Below are positions 46,715-59,705 of a DNA stretch of 64,000 bases, one piece after another. The translations under genes were made by a program, and so were the position numbers. The notes under the pieces were generated by a model that saw only the letters and a list, made by a program, of their open reading frames with translations, was not told where the DNA came from and did not search any database. Source of the stretch: Macrostomum lignano (Eukaryota); the NCBI GenBank assembly GCA_002269645.1, contig NIVC01000731.1, positions 124,001-188,000 on the forward strand, in the 5' to 3' direction. Position 1 is the stretch's first letter, and each line of letters begins with the position of its first letter.

Positions 46715-49700
46715 CCCTCTGGTAAATAAACCAGATAACACCACAAGATAACATTCGCTCAAACAAGATAACATGCCCTATTCCGGTTATGCAAAATGTT
46801 ATCTTGTATGAATCTTGTTTGCGTGACGAAATCTTACGTTTCCTTGTTTCAAACAAGATTCAAAAAGGATTCGCTGACCAGGTAACAGCCGGGTAATTCG
46901 TGCGAATCCTGCAGGGAAACATCGTGTTATCCTGTTTGTTATCTTGTTTGTTATCCTGTCTGGCAAACAGGATTCGCTGACCAGGTAACAGTCGGGTAAT
47001 CCATGCGAAAGAAGCCGGAAGGCATTGACATCAAATTTCGCAGTAAATATGCGTATAAGAAGTTGGTGATTCAAGATTTTATGAGTAGCATCTATATTTA
47101 ACAGCGGGTTGTACTTTGTAAGCGCTTTATACAAACTAAACAAGGAACAGGAACAAGCTCAACAGGAACGAAAACTTCTGGAGAACAGCGTGGCATACGT
47201 ATGAGTTTCGACAGTCCAGTTATAAGTAGACCTACTTATACTGTGGATACTAATTGATACTACTGAATTGGTGATCTGCTGCGAGCTGGTGCTGAGTCGC
47301 AGGTCGGACCTGCTGTACTCGGACGCGACTCTGATGGCAGTCGACGCGTGAGCCAGACGTTTGAAAGATCGGGTCGCGCGCGTGGAAGGCGATTAATGAG
47401 ACCACTGACGGGGGCTTGCATTATATACCGGCGCAATGGAACGACTCTGCATTATTAAAGTTAAATTAAATGGCGATGGAAGGCAGTTTCTCCAAAATAT
47501 ACACAGTTATAAAGAAACAGTAATGTACATACACACTCGATCGCCCAGCTCTAACAGACAGCGACGGTTCGCCGACAATCATAACCAGATTGTACGATTG
47601 TTCACTAGTAATGTCAGCTGCGTCGATAGAATTGTCATTCGTAGCATAGTCGTCGTCCGGAATCAACTGGCTTTCGTTGATCGGCTGCTCGTAGACCGGA
47701 GACAAAGTGAATGGTGTATCATCTGATGCGCCGGCTCGCGCGGCGCTGGCTTCGTTGCGTCCACGAAATGCCGACTACGCTGGAAACTCTTACCTGATTG
47801 TCTTCGCAATCCCGTGCGCCAACGGTAATATCCAACCGACTTAGCGTTGCAGATGTCGCTAGTGCGATGGACGATCGTCCAACGGCGTCATCAACTGCGT
47901 CGTTCGAAGCAGTGACACCCTCCGGAAAAAGTGGCTGACAAGATTGCCGACACTCATGGTCTGTAACGACTACTCTCTTGACTTGATCTGCTCTCGGCTG
48001 GTGCAACTGCAAACGCCTTAGACAAACCAATGGAGCATACACCGAAAAAATCGGATTAGCGTCTATCTTAATAGGAAAGCTGCTTTGCATACTGGGCCAG
48101 TTAGAGCTATTTGGAACTATGCCACAGTCTCCGTCTAGACACCCAGCTGTGCCAAACAATATGGTTGGCTGACTCATGCTTCTAAGCGTCAAATATGACG
48201 ATAGAATCATTCAGCCCGTTGACACACTAAGCAGCTGTGATAGACTACATGCCAGTGGTAGTCAAACCTCTTGCACACTATCAGGGCGCAACAATTTTTC
48301 AATTGTCACCTGTACGGAGGATAGGCACAGCCTCACATTACGGACGCTACAGTGCCTCCGAAAAGCAGATCAATTCACCTTGCAATTTCGAGGCTTTATT
48401 ACCCCTCGGATTAAAGATTGACCCGCGTAGTCAAATAAAAGTGACTACTCTTAGCAGCTGCCTTGAGCCACAACAGACGCGAGGTTTGATTACCCCTCGT
48501 AGGTCAGCATTTTCAGTCAACTGCTCAACTTTGATTCATCGGTTGAAGCGGGGTTCAATTATCCCTCACTGGTGGCCATACACCAACACTGCAGACGCTT
48601 TAGACAACCCAATGGAGCATGCTCTAGCAAGAGCTAGAATAACGTCTGTCTTAAAAAAGGCTACCTTAGAACTGGGCCAGTAGGAGCTTTTGGAACCATG
48701 CCACAGCTCCATCTAGACACCCAGCTGCACCAGATAATAGGGTAATCTGATACACTAAGTAACCGCGACAGACTACATGCCATTGGGAGTCAAACCTCTC
48801 CAGCACAATAAGAATGCAATAGTTTGTCGGAGAGCCAACAAAGCTATCACCTGCAGGGAGGGTGGGCACGGCCTCACATTACGAGCGCTAGCGTTTGCTG
48901 ATATATGGCACTTTACCCCTCGCAGGTCAGCTTAGCAGCTGCCTTGAGCCACAACAGAAGCGAGGATTGATTATCCATCGCAGGTCAGCTTATCAGCTGC
49001 CTTGAGCCACAACAGAAGCGAGGATTGATTATCCATCGCAGGTCAGCTTATGAGCTGCCTTGAGTCCCAACAGAAGCGAGGATTGATTATCCATCGCAGG
49101 TCAGCTTATGAGCTGCCTTGAGTCCCAACAGAAGCGAGGATTGATTATCCATCGCAGGTCAGCTTATGAGCTGCCTTGAGTCCCAACAGAAGCGAGGATT
49201 GATTATCCATCGCAGGTCAGCTTATCAGCTGCCTTGAGCCACAACAGAAGCGAGGATTGATTATCCATCGCAGGTCAGCTTATGAGCTGCCTTGAGTCCC
49301 AACAGAAGCAAGGATTGATTATCCATCGCAGGTCAGCTTATGAGCTGCCTTGAGTCCCAACAGAAGCGAGGATTGATTATCCATCGCAGGTCAGCTTATC
49401 AGCTGCCTTGAGCCACAACAGACGCGAGGATTGATTATCCATCGCAGGTCAGCTTATCAGCTGCCTTGAGCCACAACAGACGCGAGGATTGATTATCCAT
49501 CGCAGGTCAGCTTATGAGCTGCCTTGAGCCACAACAGACGCGAAGTCCAGTCTTATCCATAACTTCATAGAGATTCGAGTCAATGGGAGCTGATCCCTGT
49601 GGATTTGCCGAATCGCTTGTCTAGATCACTGAAGAATTCCGACTGAACTCCTGAAATCTCATCCAGAACATTTTCATTTGGAAAACCTGAAATTTGAGTC

Positions 49701-50626
49701 TACAATTAGAATTTAGCAGTGTTCAAGGTGAAAAATTTTGGAAAATGCAGCCGGAACAGCTTTCCTTTTTCCCGAACTTTGGCAGGATCACATTTCCGGA
49801 AAAAGGAGCTATTCCGGACTAAAAATGCTGATCCGGGCCTTCACTTGGAAATCAATTAATAAATCAGGCCTGGATCACGAAATTCTGAAAAAAATTATGG
49901 GTGAAAAGTACATCGGGTTCTTACAGACCGAATAACACAAAGGCATCTTGATTGAAATCTTTTTCCATTATCTGCTTTGCAAACCAGATTCGCATCCTGT
50001 TATCCGATAAATTTCAGATTCACACAGGTTTCTTACAGACTAGATAACGCACAGTTATCCTGATTTAAATCTTGTACTGTTATCTGTCTTTCAAACAAGA
50101 TTCGCACCATGTTATCCTGTGAAATTCCGATTCAAACAAGATTCAATCAAACAAGAAAACAAAAAATTATCTGGTGGCAAATCTTGTACTGTTATCTGAT
50201 TTTCAAACAAGATTCGCACCATATTATCCTGTGAAATTCCGATTCAAACAAGATTCAATCAAACAAGAAAACAAAAAATTATCTGGTGGCAAATCTTGTC
50301 ATGTAATCTGATTTCTAAGCAAGATTCGGGCCATGTTATCTGGTGAAATTCAGATAACTCACCAGATAACAGTCAAGCAAGAAAACAAAAAATTATCTGG
50401 TGGCGAATCTTGTCATGTAATCTGATTTCTAAGCAAGATTCGGGCCATGTTATCTGGTGAAATTCAGATAACTCACCAGATAACAGTCAAACAAGAAAAC
50501 AAAAAATTACCTGGTGACGAATCTGGTGGTTTCACCAGTTTCGCACCTCAAACAAGGAAATCGGTAGTGAATCTGACAAGATTCGCAAATTATCTTGTGG
50601 TGTTATCTGGTTTATTTACCAGAGGG
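46715..50626. mobile_element. CMC/EnSpm-like non-autonomous DNA transposon, 3912 bp, in a TOPAZ1-like intron
   Basis: Perfect 37-bp TIR CCCTCTGGTAAATAAACCAGATAACACCACAAGATAA (46715-46751 / 50590-50626); 2-bp TSD CT; many subterminal AAACAAGATTC/GTTATC repeats. The superfamily assignment is inferred. Confidence 0.85.
48920..49545. repeat. 58-bp minisatellite GCAGGTCAGCTTATSAGCTGCCTTGAGYCMCAACAGAAGCGAGGATTGATTATCCATC, inside the CMC-like element
   Basis: Direct reading. Confidence 0.95.
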
Positions 50627-50809
50627 CTTCGCAGATCCTCAATCGGGATCCCCAGATCCCAGGTCCTCAATTGGGATCTTCAGCTCCCAGATCGTCAATC
50701 GTGATCCCCAGATCCTCACATCCCGAGATCCTCAATCTGATCCCTACGATCCCAGATTCTCAATCGAGATCCCCAGATCCTCACATTCCAAAATTCTCAA
50801 TCTGATTTC

Positions 50810-51110
50810 CAGTTCCTCAATCGGCATTCCCAGATCCTCAATAGGCATTCCCAGATCCTCAATCGGTATTCCCAGATCCTCAATCGGCATTCCCAGATCC
50901 TCAATCGGTATTCCCAGATCCTCAATCGGCATTCCCAGATCCTCAATCGGCATTCCCAGATCCTCAATCGGTATTCCCAGATCCTCAATCGGCATTCCCA
51001 GATCCTCAATCGGTATTCCCAGATCCTCAATCGGCATTCCCAGATCCTCAATCGGTATTCCCAGATCCTCAATCGGCATTCCCAGATCCTCAATCGGTAT
51101 TCCCAGACCT
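50810..51110. repeat. 21-bp minisatellite TCCCAGATCCTCAATCGGYAT, before the acceptor at 51141
   Basis: Direct reading. Confidence 0.95.
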
Positions 51111-51141
51111 CACACTGTAGGCCTTTCATTCGCCCCTGCAG

Positions 51142-51573
51142 ATGGCGGCGGCCAGCAGCAGTCGCTAGGCCAGTTCCCCTGCCGCATCGGGCTGCTGCTG
51201 ATCGTGCGGCTGGCCTCCACTGCCCAGTGGCCAGAGGTGCTGGCCTGCCTCCAATGCCTGCACCGGCAGCCCCAGCTGAATGTCCCGGCCGGTCTGGCGG
51301 CCACCGGGACCAGGGTGGCCGTGGCCGACGCGGCGCTGGAGGCATTTCTGCACTGCGATATGCTGGACCTGGCCAATGCGCTGGTTGCCGCCTCGGGCGG
51401 CCCCGGCCCGTTCGGCCTGGCCCTGCCCGACCCCTGCCCGGAAGGCGCGATGGATCGCGCGGTGCTGCTGCTCAGCCTGTCGCGAACCTGCGCGCGCCGC
51501 GGCGGAGACGGCATGGCCGCAAATACTGTGAATGCGTTCATTGCGGCCGCCCAGCTGGCCGACTTCTGCGACG
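51142..51573 (+). CDS. TOPAZ1: TOPAZ1-like internal exon (conserved helical domain)
   Basis: cccctgcag| phase 1; CRIGLLLIVRLASTAQWPEV...TRVAVADAALEAFLHCDMLDLANALV...MDRAVLLLSL resembles recalled TOPAZ1 [20 protein letters not shown]...[25 protein letters not shown]...LNRHNLLCTI; donor G|GTGAGC. Confidence 0.75.
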
Positions 51574-51654
51574 GTGAGCGGCCGGGCCGAATTGAGATGT
51601 CGAATTGGGTGCTGTCAATCAAATTGGAATCAAATTGGAGCTTTCAGTCACCAA

Positions 51655-53445
51655 TCTAACAGCTGTCATTCACCAATTTAACACATGTCATTCACCAATT
51701 TAACAGCTGTCATTCACCAATTTAATACATGTCATTCACCAATTTAACACATGTCATTCACCAATTTAACACATGTCATTCACCAATTTAACAGCTGTCA
51801 TTCACCAATTTGCTATCTGTCAATCACAAATCGAGTAGCTGTCAATCACAAATCGAGTAGCTGTCAATCACAAAGTGAGTATCTGTCAATCACAAATCGA
51901 GTAGCTGTCAATAACAAATCGAGTAGCTGTCAATCACAAAGTGAGTATCTGTCAATCACAAATCGAGTAGCTGTCAATAACAAATCGAGTAGCTGTCAAT
52001 CACAAAGTGAGTAGCTGTCAATCACAAATCGAGGAGCTGTCAATCACAAAGTGAGTAGCTGTCAATCACAAATCGAGTAGCTGTCAATCACAAATTGAGT
52101 AGCTGTCAATCACAAAGTGAGTATCTGTCAATCACAAATGGAGGAGCTGTCAATCACAAAGTGAGTAGCCGTTAATCACAGAGTGAGTAGCTGTCAACCA
52201 AAAAGTGAGTAGCTGTCAATCACAAATGGAGGAGCTGTCAATCACAAAGTGAGTAGCTGTCAATCACAAATCGAGTAGCTGTCAATCACAAATCGAGTAG
52301 CTGTCAATAACAAATCGAGTAGCTGTCAATCACAAAGTGAGTAGCTGTCAATCACAAATGGAGGAGCTGTCAATCACAAAGTGAGTAGCTGTCAATCACA
52401 AATCGAGTAGCTGTCAATCACAAATCGAGTAGCTGTCAATCACAAAGTGAGTAGCTGTCAATCACAAATGGAGGAGCTGTCAATCACAAAGTGAGTAGCT
52501 GTCAATCACAAATCGAGTAGCTGTCAATCACAAATCGAGTAGCTGTCAATCACAAAGTGAGTAGCTGTCAATCACAAATCGAGTAGCTGTCAATCACAAA
52601 GTGAGTAGCTGTCAATCACAAATGGAGGAGCTGTCAATCACAAAGTGAGTAGCCGTTAATCACAGAGTGAGTAGCTGTCAACCAAAAAGTGAGTAGCTGT
52701 CAATCACAAATCGAGGAGCTGTCAATCACAAAGTGAGTAGCTGTCAATCACAAATCGAGTAGCTGTCAATCACAAATCGAGTAGCTGTCAATCACAAATG
52801 GAGGAGCTGTCAATCACAAAGTGAGTAGCTGTCGATCACAAATCGAGTAGCTGTCAATCACAAAGTGAGTAGCTGTCAATCACAAATGGAGGAGCTGTCA
52901 ATCACAAAGTGAGTAGCCGTTAATCACAGAGTGAGTAGCTGTCAACCAAAAAGTGAGTAGCTGTCAATCACAAATGGAGGAGCTGTCAATCACAAATCGA
53001 GTAGCTGTCAATCACAAATCGAGTAGCTGTCAATCACAAAGTGAGTAGCTGTCAATCACAAATGGAGGAGCTGTCAATCACAAAGTGAGTAGCTGTCAAT
53101 CACAAATCGAGTAGCTATCAATAACAAATCGAGTAGTTGTCAATCACAAAGTGAGTAGCTGTCAATCACAAATCGAGTAGCTGTCAATCACAAAGTGAGT
53201 AGCTGTCAATCACAAATGGAGGAGCTGTCAATCACAAAGTGAGTAGCTGTCAATCACAAATCGAGTAGCTGTCAATCACAAAGTGAGTAGCTGTCAATCA
53301 CAAATGGAGGAGCTGTCAATCACAAAGTGAGTAGCTGTCAATCACAAATCGAGTAGCTGTCAATCACAAAGTGAGTAGCTGTCAATCACAAAGTGAGTAG
53401 CCGTTAATCACAGAGTAAGTAGCTGTCAATCACAAATGGAGGAGC
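51655..53445. repeat. 22-bp minisatellites (TCATTCACCAATTTAACAGCTG, then GCTGTCAATCACAAA[TC/GT]GAGTA) filling the last TOPAZ1-like intron
   Basis: Direct reading. Confidence 0.96.
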
Positions 53446-53452
53446 AATAAAG

Positions 53453-54207
53453 CTAAATCATCCAACCGTAGTGCAAGGAGATTGCGTCTAATCAAACACT
53501 GGATCAAAGCCGCTCACCCCCGATCTCCAGAGGATTTCCGCCGCACCTCGTACGCGGCCGCCTATTCCTGCTGTCTCCGCGATCTGGCCACCACCGCCAG
53601 GTCCTGCCGGCCAGACCTCAAGCACGCGTACCGGCTGTTCAACGCCAGCACCTCGTTCCCGAATCTGCAGCTGAAGGCCCCGGCCACCGCCCTCCGCCTG
53701 ATGCTCTGCTCCGCTGTGCGGCTGTCCCTGCCCGACCTGGCGCTCCCCCTGGCGAAGATCGGCACCCGGTTCGGCATCTACCGAGCCCTGCAGCCCGACT
53801 GCCTTCAGCTCAGCCTGCCGGGCGATCTGGCTGGCGAAGAGTCCGCCGCCCTGCTGGCGCTTGCCATCCGCTGCCTTCGCGATCGGCGGCGGCGCGGCCA
53901 CCTGGACGACGCTGTTGGCGGCCGCTGCCTCCGCTTGGTGCCGCTGCCGCCGGACGGCCGCGACCCGGAATTTGTCCGGCTGGCCGGCCTGTCGCCCGAC
54001 GCCGGCGTCCGGACAGTCCACGCCGAGGACGCCACCGACTGCCTGCTGGCAGTGCTGCAGCGGGCGGCCGACATCTTCAACTCCACTCTGATGGTCGGCC
54101 CCGTCGGCCTGCTGGCCCGCCGGCCGCGCTTCAGCTTGCAACCGGACGGCCCGGCCATCAGCCTGTCCGGGCAGGAGGTCCGCGACCTCATGGACCAGCT
54201 GGACTGA
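53453..54207 (+). CDS. TOPAZ1: TOPAZ1-like terminal exon (acceptor uncertain, 53423-53481)
   Basis: High-GC ORF; [36 protein letters not shown] resembles recalled TOPAZ1 KSALSLGCYPPLEG...LLIPSYLSEIEMLLAI; stop TGA at 54205-54207. Confidence 0.7.
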
Positions 54208-54264
54208 AGCAGATGGACGGGAACTTTGTTTCTTCCCGGCTGAAGGGCTGAAAAGTTTCCATTG

Positions 54265-54270
54265 ACAGAC

Positions 54271-54318
<48 letters not shown>

Positions 54319-54415
54319 GGCAGGCAGACATACAGACAGACAGACAGACAGACATACAGACAGACAGACAGACCGACAGACAGACAGACAGACAGACAGG
54401 CACAGACAGACAGGC

Positions 54416-54452
<37 letters not shown>

Positions 54453-54530
54453 GGCACAGACAGACAGGCAGACAGACAGACAGACAGGCAGACAGACAGA
54501 CAGGCAGACAGACAGACAGACAGACAGACA
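54265..54530. repeat. (GACA)n microsatellite, 3' of the TOPAZ1-like stop
   Basis: Direct reading. Confidence 0.97.
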
Positions 54531-55349
54531 ATTAACTGTTTCCTTTATTCATTTTTGTTCTGAAAATGCCTTTGACTTAGAGGATCTTTGCAAAAGAACG
54601 GAAGCTTCCCGTCTTTTTATTCGTCTTACTCGACTGCGGACCAGTTCGTATCTGGGGAAATTATTGAGTTTTTAAAGGCCAAAGATGGGGCTGTGGTAAC
54701 ACACTGAATCTGTTCTCACACAATGGCAGTGGCGCAAGATTAAATGCTTGAATGATAAAGAACCGCTAATTCCCAGTCAATAATATTTTTGTTTTCGCAA
54801 ATATTTTAGCGGCCTCTCACGGCTTTGCTGGTGTGGAAATTGTTAAATTAATTTTGCTGTTTTTGAATAAGGTTTATTCCCTACCTGCTTTTACCTGCTT
54901 TCTTACAAAAGCAATTCTGCGGGCTGGGTTGAGGGCTCGCTGCAATAACCGGCGTACTGAGTATGCAGGTTCTTATAGGGGAAATTAAACATACTGAAAT
55001 GTTCGCGTGATGCTACTCATCAGCGTCTTTTGCGCACTGCATATACCACCCTGCACTCAGCATTTATGCGCCATTAATCTCATATAATTAGGGCCAGCTA
55101 AGCTTTGTTATAAGCGGTAGAAAATTCTTTTGCATACGGCAATGATTTGTCATTTACTGCAGTTCACTTTTCTCAGTCAGAGCTTCCCGCGGTGTCTTAA
55201 ATGCTAAATAATAAACAAAACTTATAAAAAAATTGTAAGAAAAGTTTTTCCACCTGTGATCAAACCAGTACCGCCTGCTTTGGCTGCGTACCTTGGCTTT
55301 CAATTATTGCTTTTTACTGGACCGGAGTACTTGCACAATGCACTCCTAG

Positions 55350-55975
55350 AGCATTCACACATCACTCTTAGCACTCCCACAACACTCACACATCACTCCC
55401 CCAGCACTCACACAGCACTCACACATCACTCCCACGGCACTCACACAGCACTCACAATCACTCACACAACACTCACACATCACTCCCACGGCACTCACAC
55501 AGCACTCACACATCACTCCCACAGGACTCCCACATCACTCACACATCACTCCCACAACACTCACACAACACTCACACATCACTCCCACAGGACTCCCACA
55601 TCACTCACACATCACTCCCACAACACTCACACAACACTCACACATCACTCCCACAGCACTCACACAACACTCACACATCACTCCCCCAGCACTCCCACAT
55701 CACTCCCCCAGCACTCACACATCACTCACACATCACTCCCACGGCACTCACACATCACTCCCACGGCACTCACACATCACTCACACATCACTCCCACAAC
55801 ACTCACACAACACTCACACAACACTCACACATCACTCCCACAGCACTCACACAGCACTCACACAACACTCACACATCACTCCCACAGCACTCACACAGCA
55901 CTCACACAGCACTCACATCACTCCCACAGCACTCACACAGCACTCACATCACTCACGCATCACTCCCCACATCAC
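55350..55975. repeat. CACTCACAC/ATCACTCCC-based minisatellite (11/22-bp substructure)
   Basis: Direct reading. Confidence 0.9.
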
Positions 55976-56344
55976 ACCTGTCTCTGTTTTCTCCGAGCCT
56001 CGTTTCTCCGCTTGTCTTCTTTCCTATCATGCGTCTCCCTGTCTTCCGGCCCGGTGCACCTTGCGCTCAAAACATTTAATCTGCAAGACAAAGTCAAATT
56101 CGACCTTTAAAGCGAAGATTGCAGTCATTAACGAAGCACGAAGTGAATTTCTGACTTGGGACCGAAGCTCCCTAGAAACCTTCGCGGCCCCCGCTTTTGC
56201 TGCGGCTTTGGAGCCTTCTAAAGTCCTCTGAAGATTTAAGAGTTCGGACGAAATTATCTGGCTCACGGGTTCACAGCCTTCAGCTCCCAACTCTTTAATT
56301 ATCTTTGTGACTTGAGTTACGACTCCCCTTTTCCTGCTCACTCC

Positions 56345-56890
56345 CGCCCCAATGCCATCAGCACCCCAGCTCACACCCACCCACCCCAATTCCATCAGCA
56401 CCCAGCTCACACCCACCCCAGTCTCATCAGCACCCCGTCTCGCACCCACCCCAATGCCACCAGCACCCCAGCTCACACCCACCCACCCCAATGCCACCAG
56501 CACCCCAGCTCACACCCACCCACCCCAATGCCATCAGCACCCCAGCTCACCCACCCCAATGCCACCAGCACCCCAGCTCACCCACCCCAATGCCACCAGC
56601 ACCCCAGCCCACACCCACCCCAATGCCACCAGCACCCAAGCTCACACCCACCCCAATGCCACCAGCACCCCAGCCCACACCCACCCCAATGCCACCAGCA
56701 CCCCAGCCCACACCCACCCCAATGCCACCAGCACCCAAGCTCACACCCACCCCAATGCCACCAGCACCCCAGCTCACACCCACCCCAATGCCACCAGCAC
56801 CCCAGCCCACACCCACCCCAATGCCACCAGCACCCCAGCCCACACCCACCCCAATGCCACCAGCACCCCAGCTCACACCCACCCCAATGC
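56345..56890. repeat. 33-bp minisatellite CCCCAATGCCACCAGCACCCCAGCTCACACCCA
   Basis: Direct reading. Confidence 0.93.
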
Positions 56891-57514
56891 GCGCCAAAGA
56901 GATTGAATGACAGTGGCGTGGCCCGTGGCAAGACACTCGAGCTCTGGTGTCACAAAGGTCACTCGGAACTCGGCACACCACCGCTCTCAAAAGTGCATCC
57001 GAGCTACAAGAGCCCCGTGGCGAATGAGCTGCAGTCTGGTGCATGCGCTGATCTTCGGCTGAGAGCTGAATCCGGCTGTCCTTATAGAAACAGCTGCAGA
57101 TCCCGAGATCCCCAGTGCTCACTCCCGCGGAAGAGGCTGCCTCGCGAAGATCCCGGAGTCCGCATAAATCACACAGAATTACCAGCTGGTGCTCTCGCTG
57201 GCAACCTCTCAAATCCACAAGTCATGGGCGGACTTCATTACTGGAGTTGTCAGCTCGCGTCTCGGCCGCCGCCATTGATCCGCGCTGACGCATCTGCGCA
57301 AGCTGATAATTGCGTTTCAATCGGGCATTGTGGCTGAGTTTTTTTGACTTGTAATTGGATCTTGCTGACGCTGAGCTGACGTGGTCAGAGTGCAGAGTGT
57401 GCCTGATGTACGGCTCTCATGCACTGTGTCAACCTGCTTACTAATTGCACTAGTGCGAAGTATGAGACAGCTGTCTGTGCGCTGTACAGGGCGCTCAAAT
57501 ATAACACCCCTGAC

Positions 57515-58120
57515 ACCGTTTTTAATACATGTACCTCCTGACACCTTTGGTTTGATACTCCTGACACCTTGGGTTTGATACTCCTGACACCTTGGGTTTG
57601 ATACCCCTGACACCTTGAGTTTGATACCCCTGACACCTTGGGTTTGATACCCCTGACACCTTGAGTTTGATACCCCTGACACCTTGGGTTGATACTCCTG
57701 ACACCTTGGGTTTGATACTCCTGACACCTTGGGTTTGATACCCCTGACACCTTGGGTTTGAAAATCCTTGACACCTTTGGTTTGATACTCCTGACACCTT
57801 GGGTTTGATACCACTGACACCTTGGGTTTGATACCCCTGACACCTTGGGTTTGATAATCCTGACACCTTGGGTTTGATACCCCTGACACCTTGGGTTTGA
57901 TACCCCTGACACCTTGGGTTTGATACCCCTGATACCTTGGGTTTGATAATCCTGACACCTTGGGTTTGATACCCCTGACACCTTGGGTTTGTAAATCCTG
58001 ACACCTTTGGTTTGATACTCCTGACACCTTTGGTTTGATACCCCTGACACATTTAGTTTGTTACCCCTGACACCTTTGGTTTGATACCCCTGACACCTAC
58101 ACAGTGATACCTCTGACACC
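57515..58120. repeat. 23-bp minisatellite CTGACACCTTGGGTTTGATACCC
   Basis: Direct reading. Confidence 0.95.
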
Positions 58121-58324
58121 CTTCTCCCTAGATTTTGGCTCCTAGCGATGCTTGCTACATTATTGTAAGATCATGTAAGTAATTTAGGTCGGCATTTTCA
58201 TAAGTTTTTGGATAACGAGGTCTACAAGCACAAAATTCGCATGTGTTGGAACATTGAATAAGGAGTGCTGTAATGAGCATGTGTTAGATAGGGTGAAACA
58301 GTTCGATGCAGGGTTTGCTGAGGC

Positions 58325-58715
58325 ATTAGATAACGAGTCAGATGAGGTGTTAGGTAAGGTGTCAGATAAGCTGTCAGATAAGGTGCCAGATGAGGTGTTA
58401 GGTAAACTGTCAGATGAGGTATCAGATAAGGTGTCAGATGAGGTGTCAGATGAGGTGTCATATGAGGTGTCAGATGAGGTGTCATATGAGGTGTCAGATG
58501 AGGTGTCAGATGAGGTGTTAGATGAGGTGCCAGATACTCACAAGAGGTGTCAGATAAGGTGTCAGATAAATTTTCAGATGAGGTGTCAGATGAGGTGTCA
58601 GATGTGGTGTCAGATGAGGTGTCAGATAAGGTGTCAGATGAGGTGTCAGATGAGGTGTCAGATGAGGTGCCAGATAAGGTGTTAGATGAGGTGCCAGATA
58701 AGGTGTTAGACGAAA
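58325..58715. repeat. 12-bp minisatellite GTCAGATGAGGT
   Basis: Direct reading. Confidence 0.93.
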
Positions 58716-59184
58716 TGTCAGGGGAGGCTTAAAACGACCTAAATGCCCTGGCTAGATCAGCCTGTTGCTCGCAGCCAGGGTGGCCCCACTGACCAGTCCA
58801 ACTGCAGCAAATGCCAGCCCTTGAGCACAGCGGAACCGGGGAACTGGGGAAACTCTTCCCGCCTCCACGGGCCGCTCCCCCCTCGGGCCTTGTGGAGTTG
58901 GGGAAGAAGGTCGATGCTGAGGAAATTGAATTTGCGAGCAAGCGACCACCCCTCATTTCCTAAGCTGCCTGCGCTGCCGGCCTGACAGCTCTAGGGAGGC
59001 TGGGGATGGAGCTGCTGGAGCTGAGACTCAAGATGCAGCTGTGAGAGAAGAACACCTGCCTGTACAGGAAGGGGTCAGCGGAATGGGCGGCGACGCCTCC
59101 CCGCTGAATCCAAGTGCCCGGAGCCCCCTGCAGCTGAGTCAAAGTACCTGTACGGGCAAATTTTTCGAGTCGCGATCGAGTGGT

Positions 59185-59450
59185 TTGATACCCCTGACTC
59201 CCACGGTTCGATACCCCTGACTCCCACTGTTCGATACACCTGACTCCCACTGTTCGATACCCCTGACTCCCACTGTTCGATACCCCTGACTCCCACTGTT
59301 CGATACCCCTGACTCCCACTGTTCGATACCCCTGACTCCCACTGTTCGATACACCTGACTCCCACTGTTCGATACCCCTGACTCCCACTGTTCGATACCC
59401 CTGACTCCCACGGTTCGATACCCCTGACTCCCACGGTTCGATACCCAGAT
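59185..59450. repeat. 23-bp minisatellite CCTGACTCCCACTGTTCGATACC
   Basis: Direct reading. Confidence 0.95.
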
Positions 59451-59504
59451 CGGGGGAGGAGACCTACACTTTGATGCCCTTGAAAAGTAAACATTGATGC
59501 TTCT

Positions 59505-59705
59505 GACCCCTACTCTGTGATGCCCCTGACCCCTACACTGTGGTGCCCCTGAACCCTACACTGTGGTGCCCCTGAACCCTACACTGTGGTGCCCCTGAAC
59601 CCTACACTGTGGTGCCCCTGAACCCTACACTGTGGTGCCCCTGACCCCTACTCTGTGGTGCCCCTGACCCCTACACTGTGGTGCCCCTGACCCCTATACT
59701 GTGTC
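59505..59705. repeat. 23-bp minisatellite CCCCTGAMCCCTACACTGTGGTG
   Basis: Direct reading. Confidence 0.92.
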
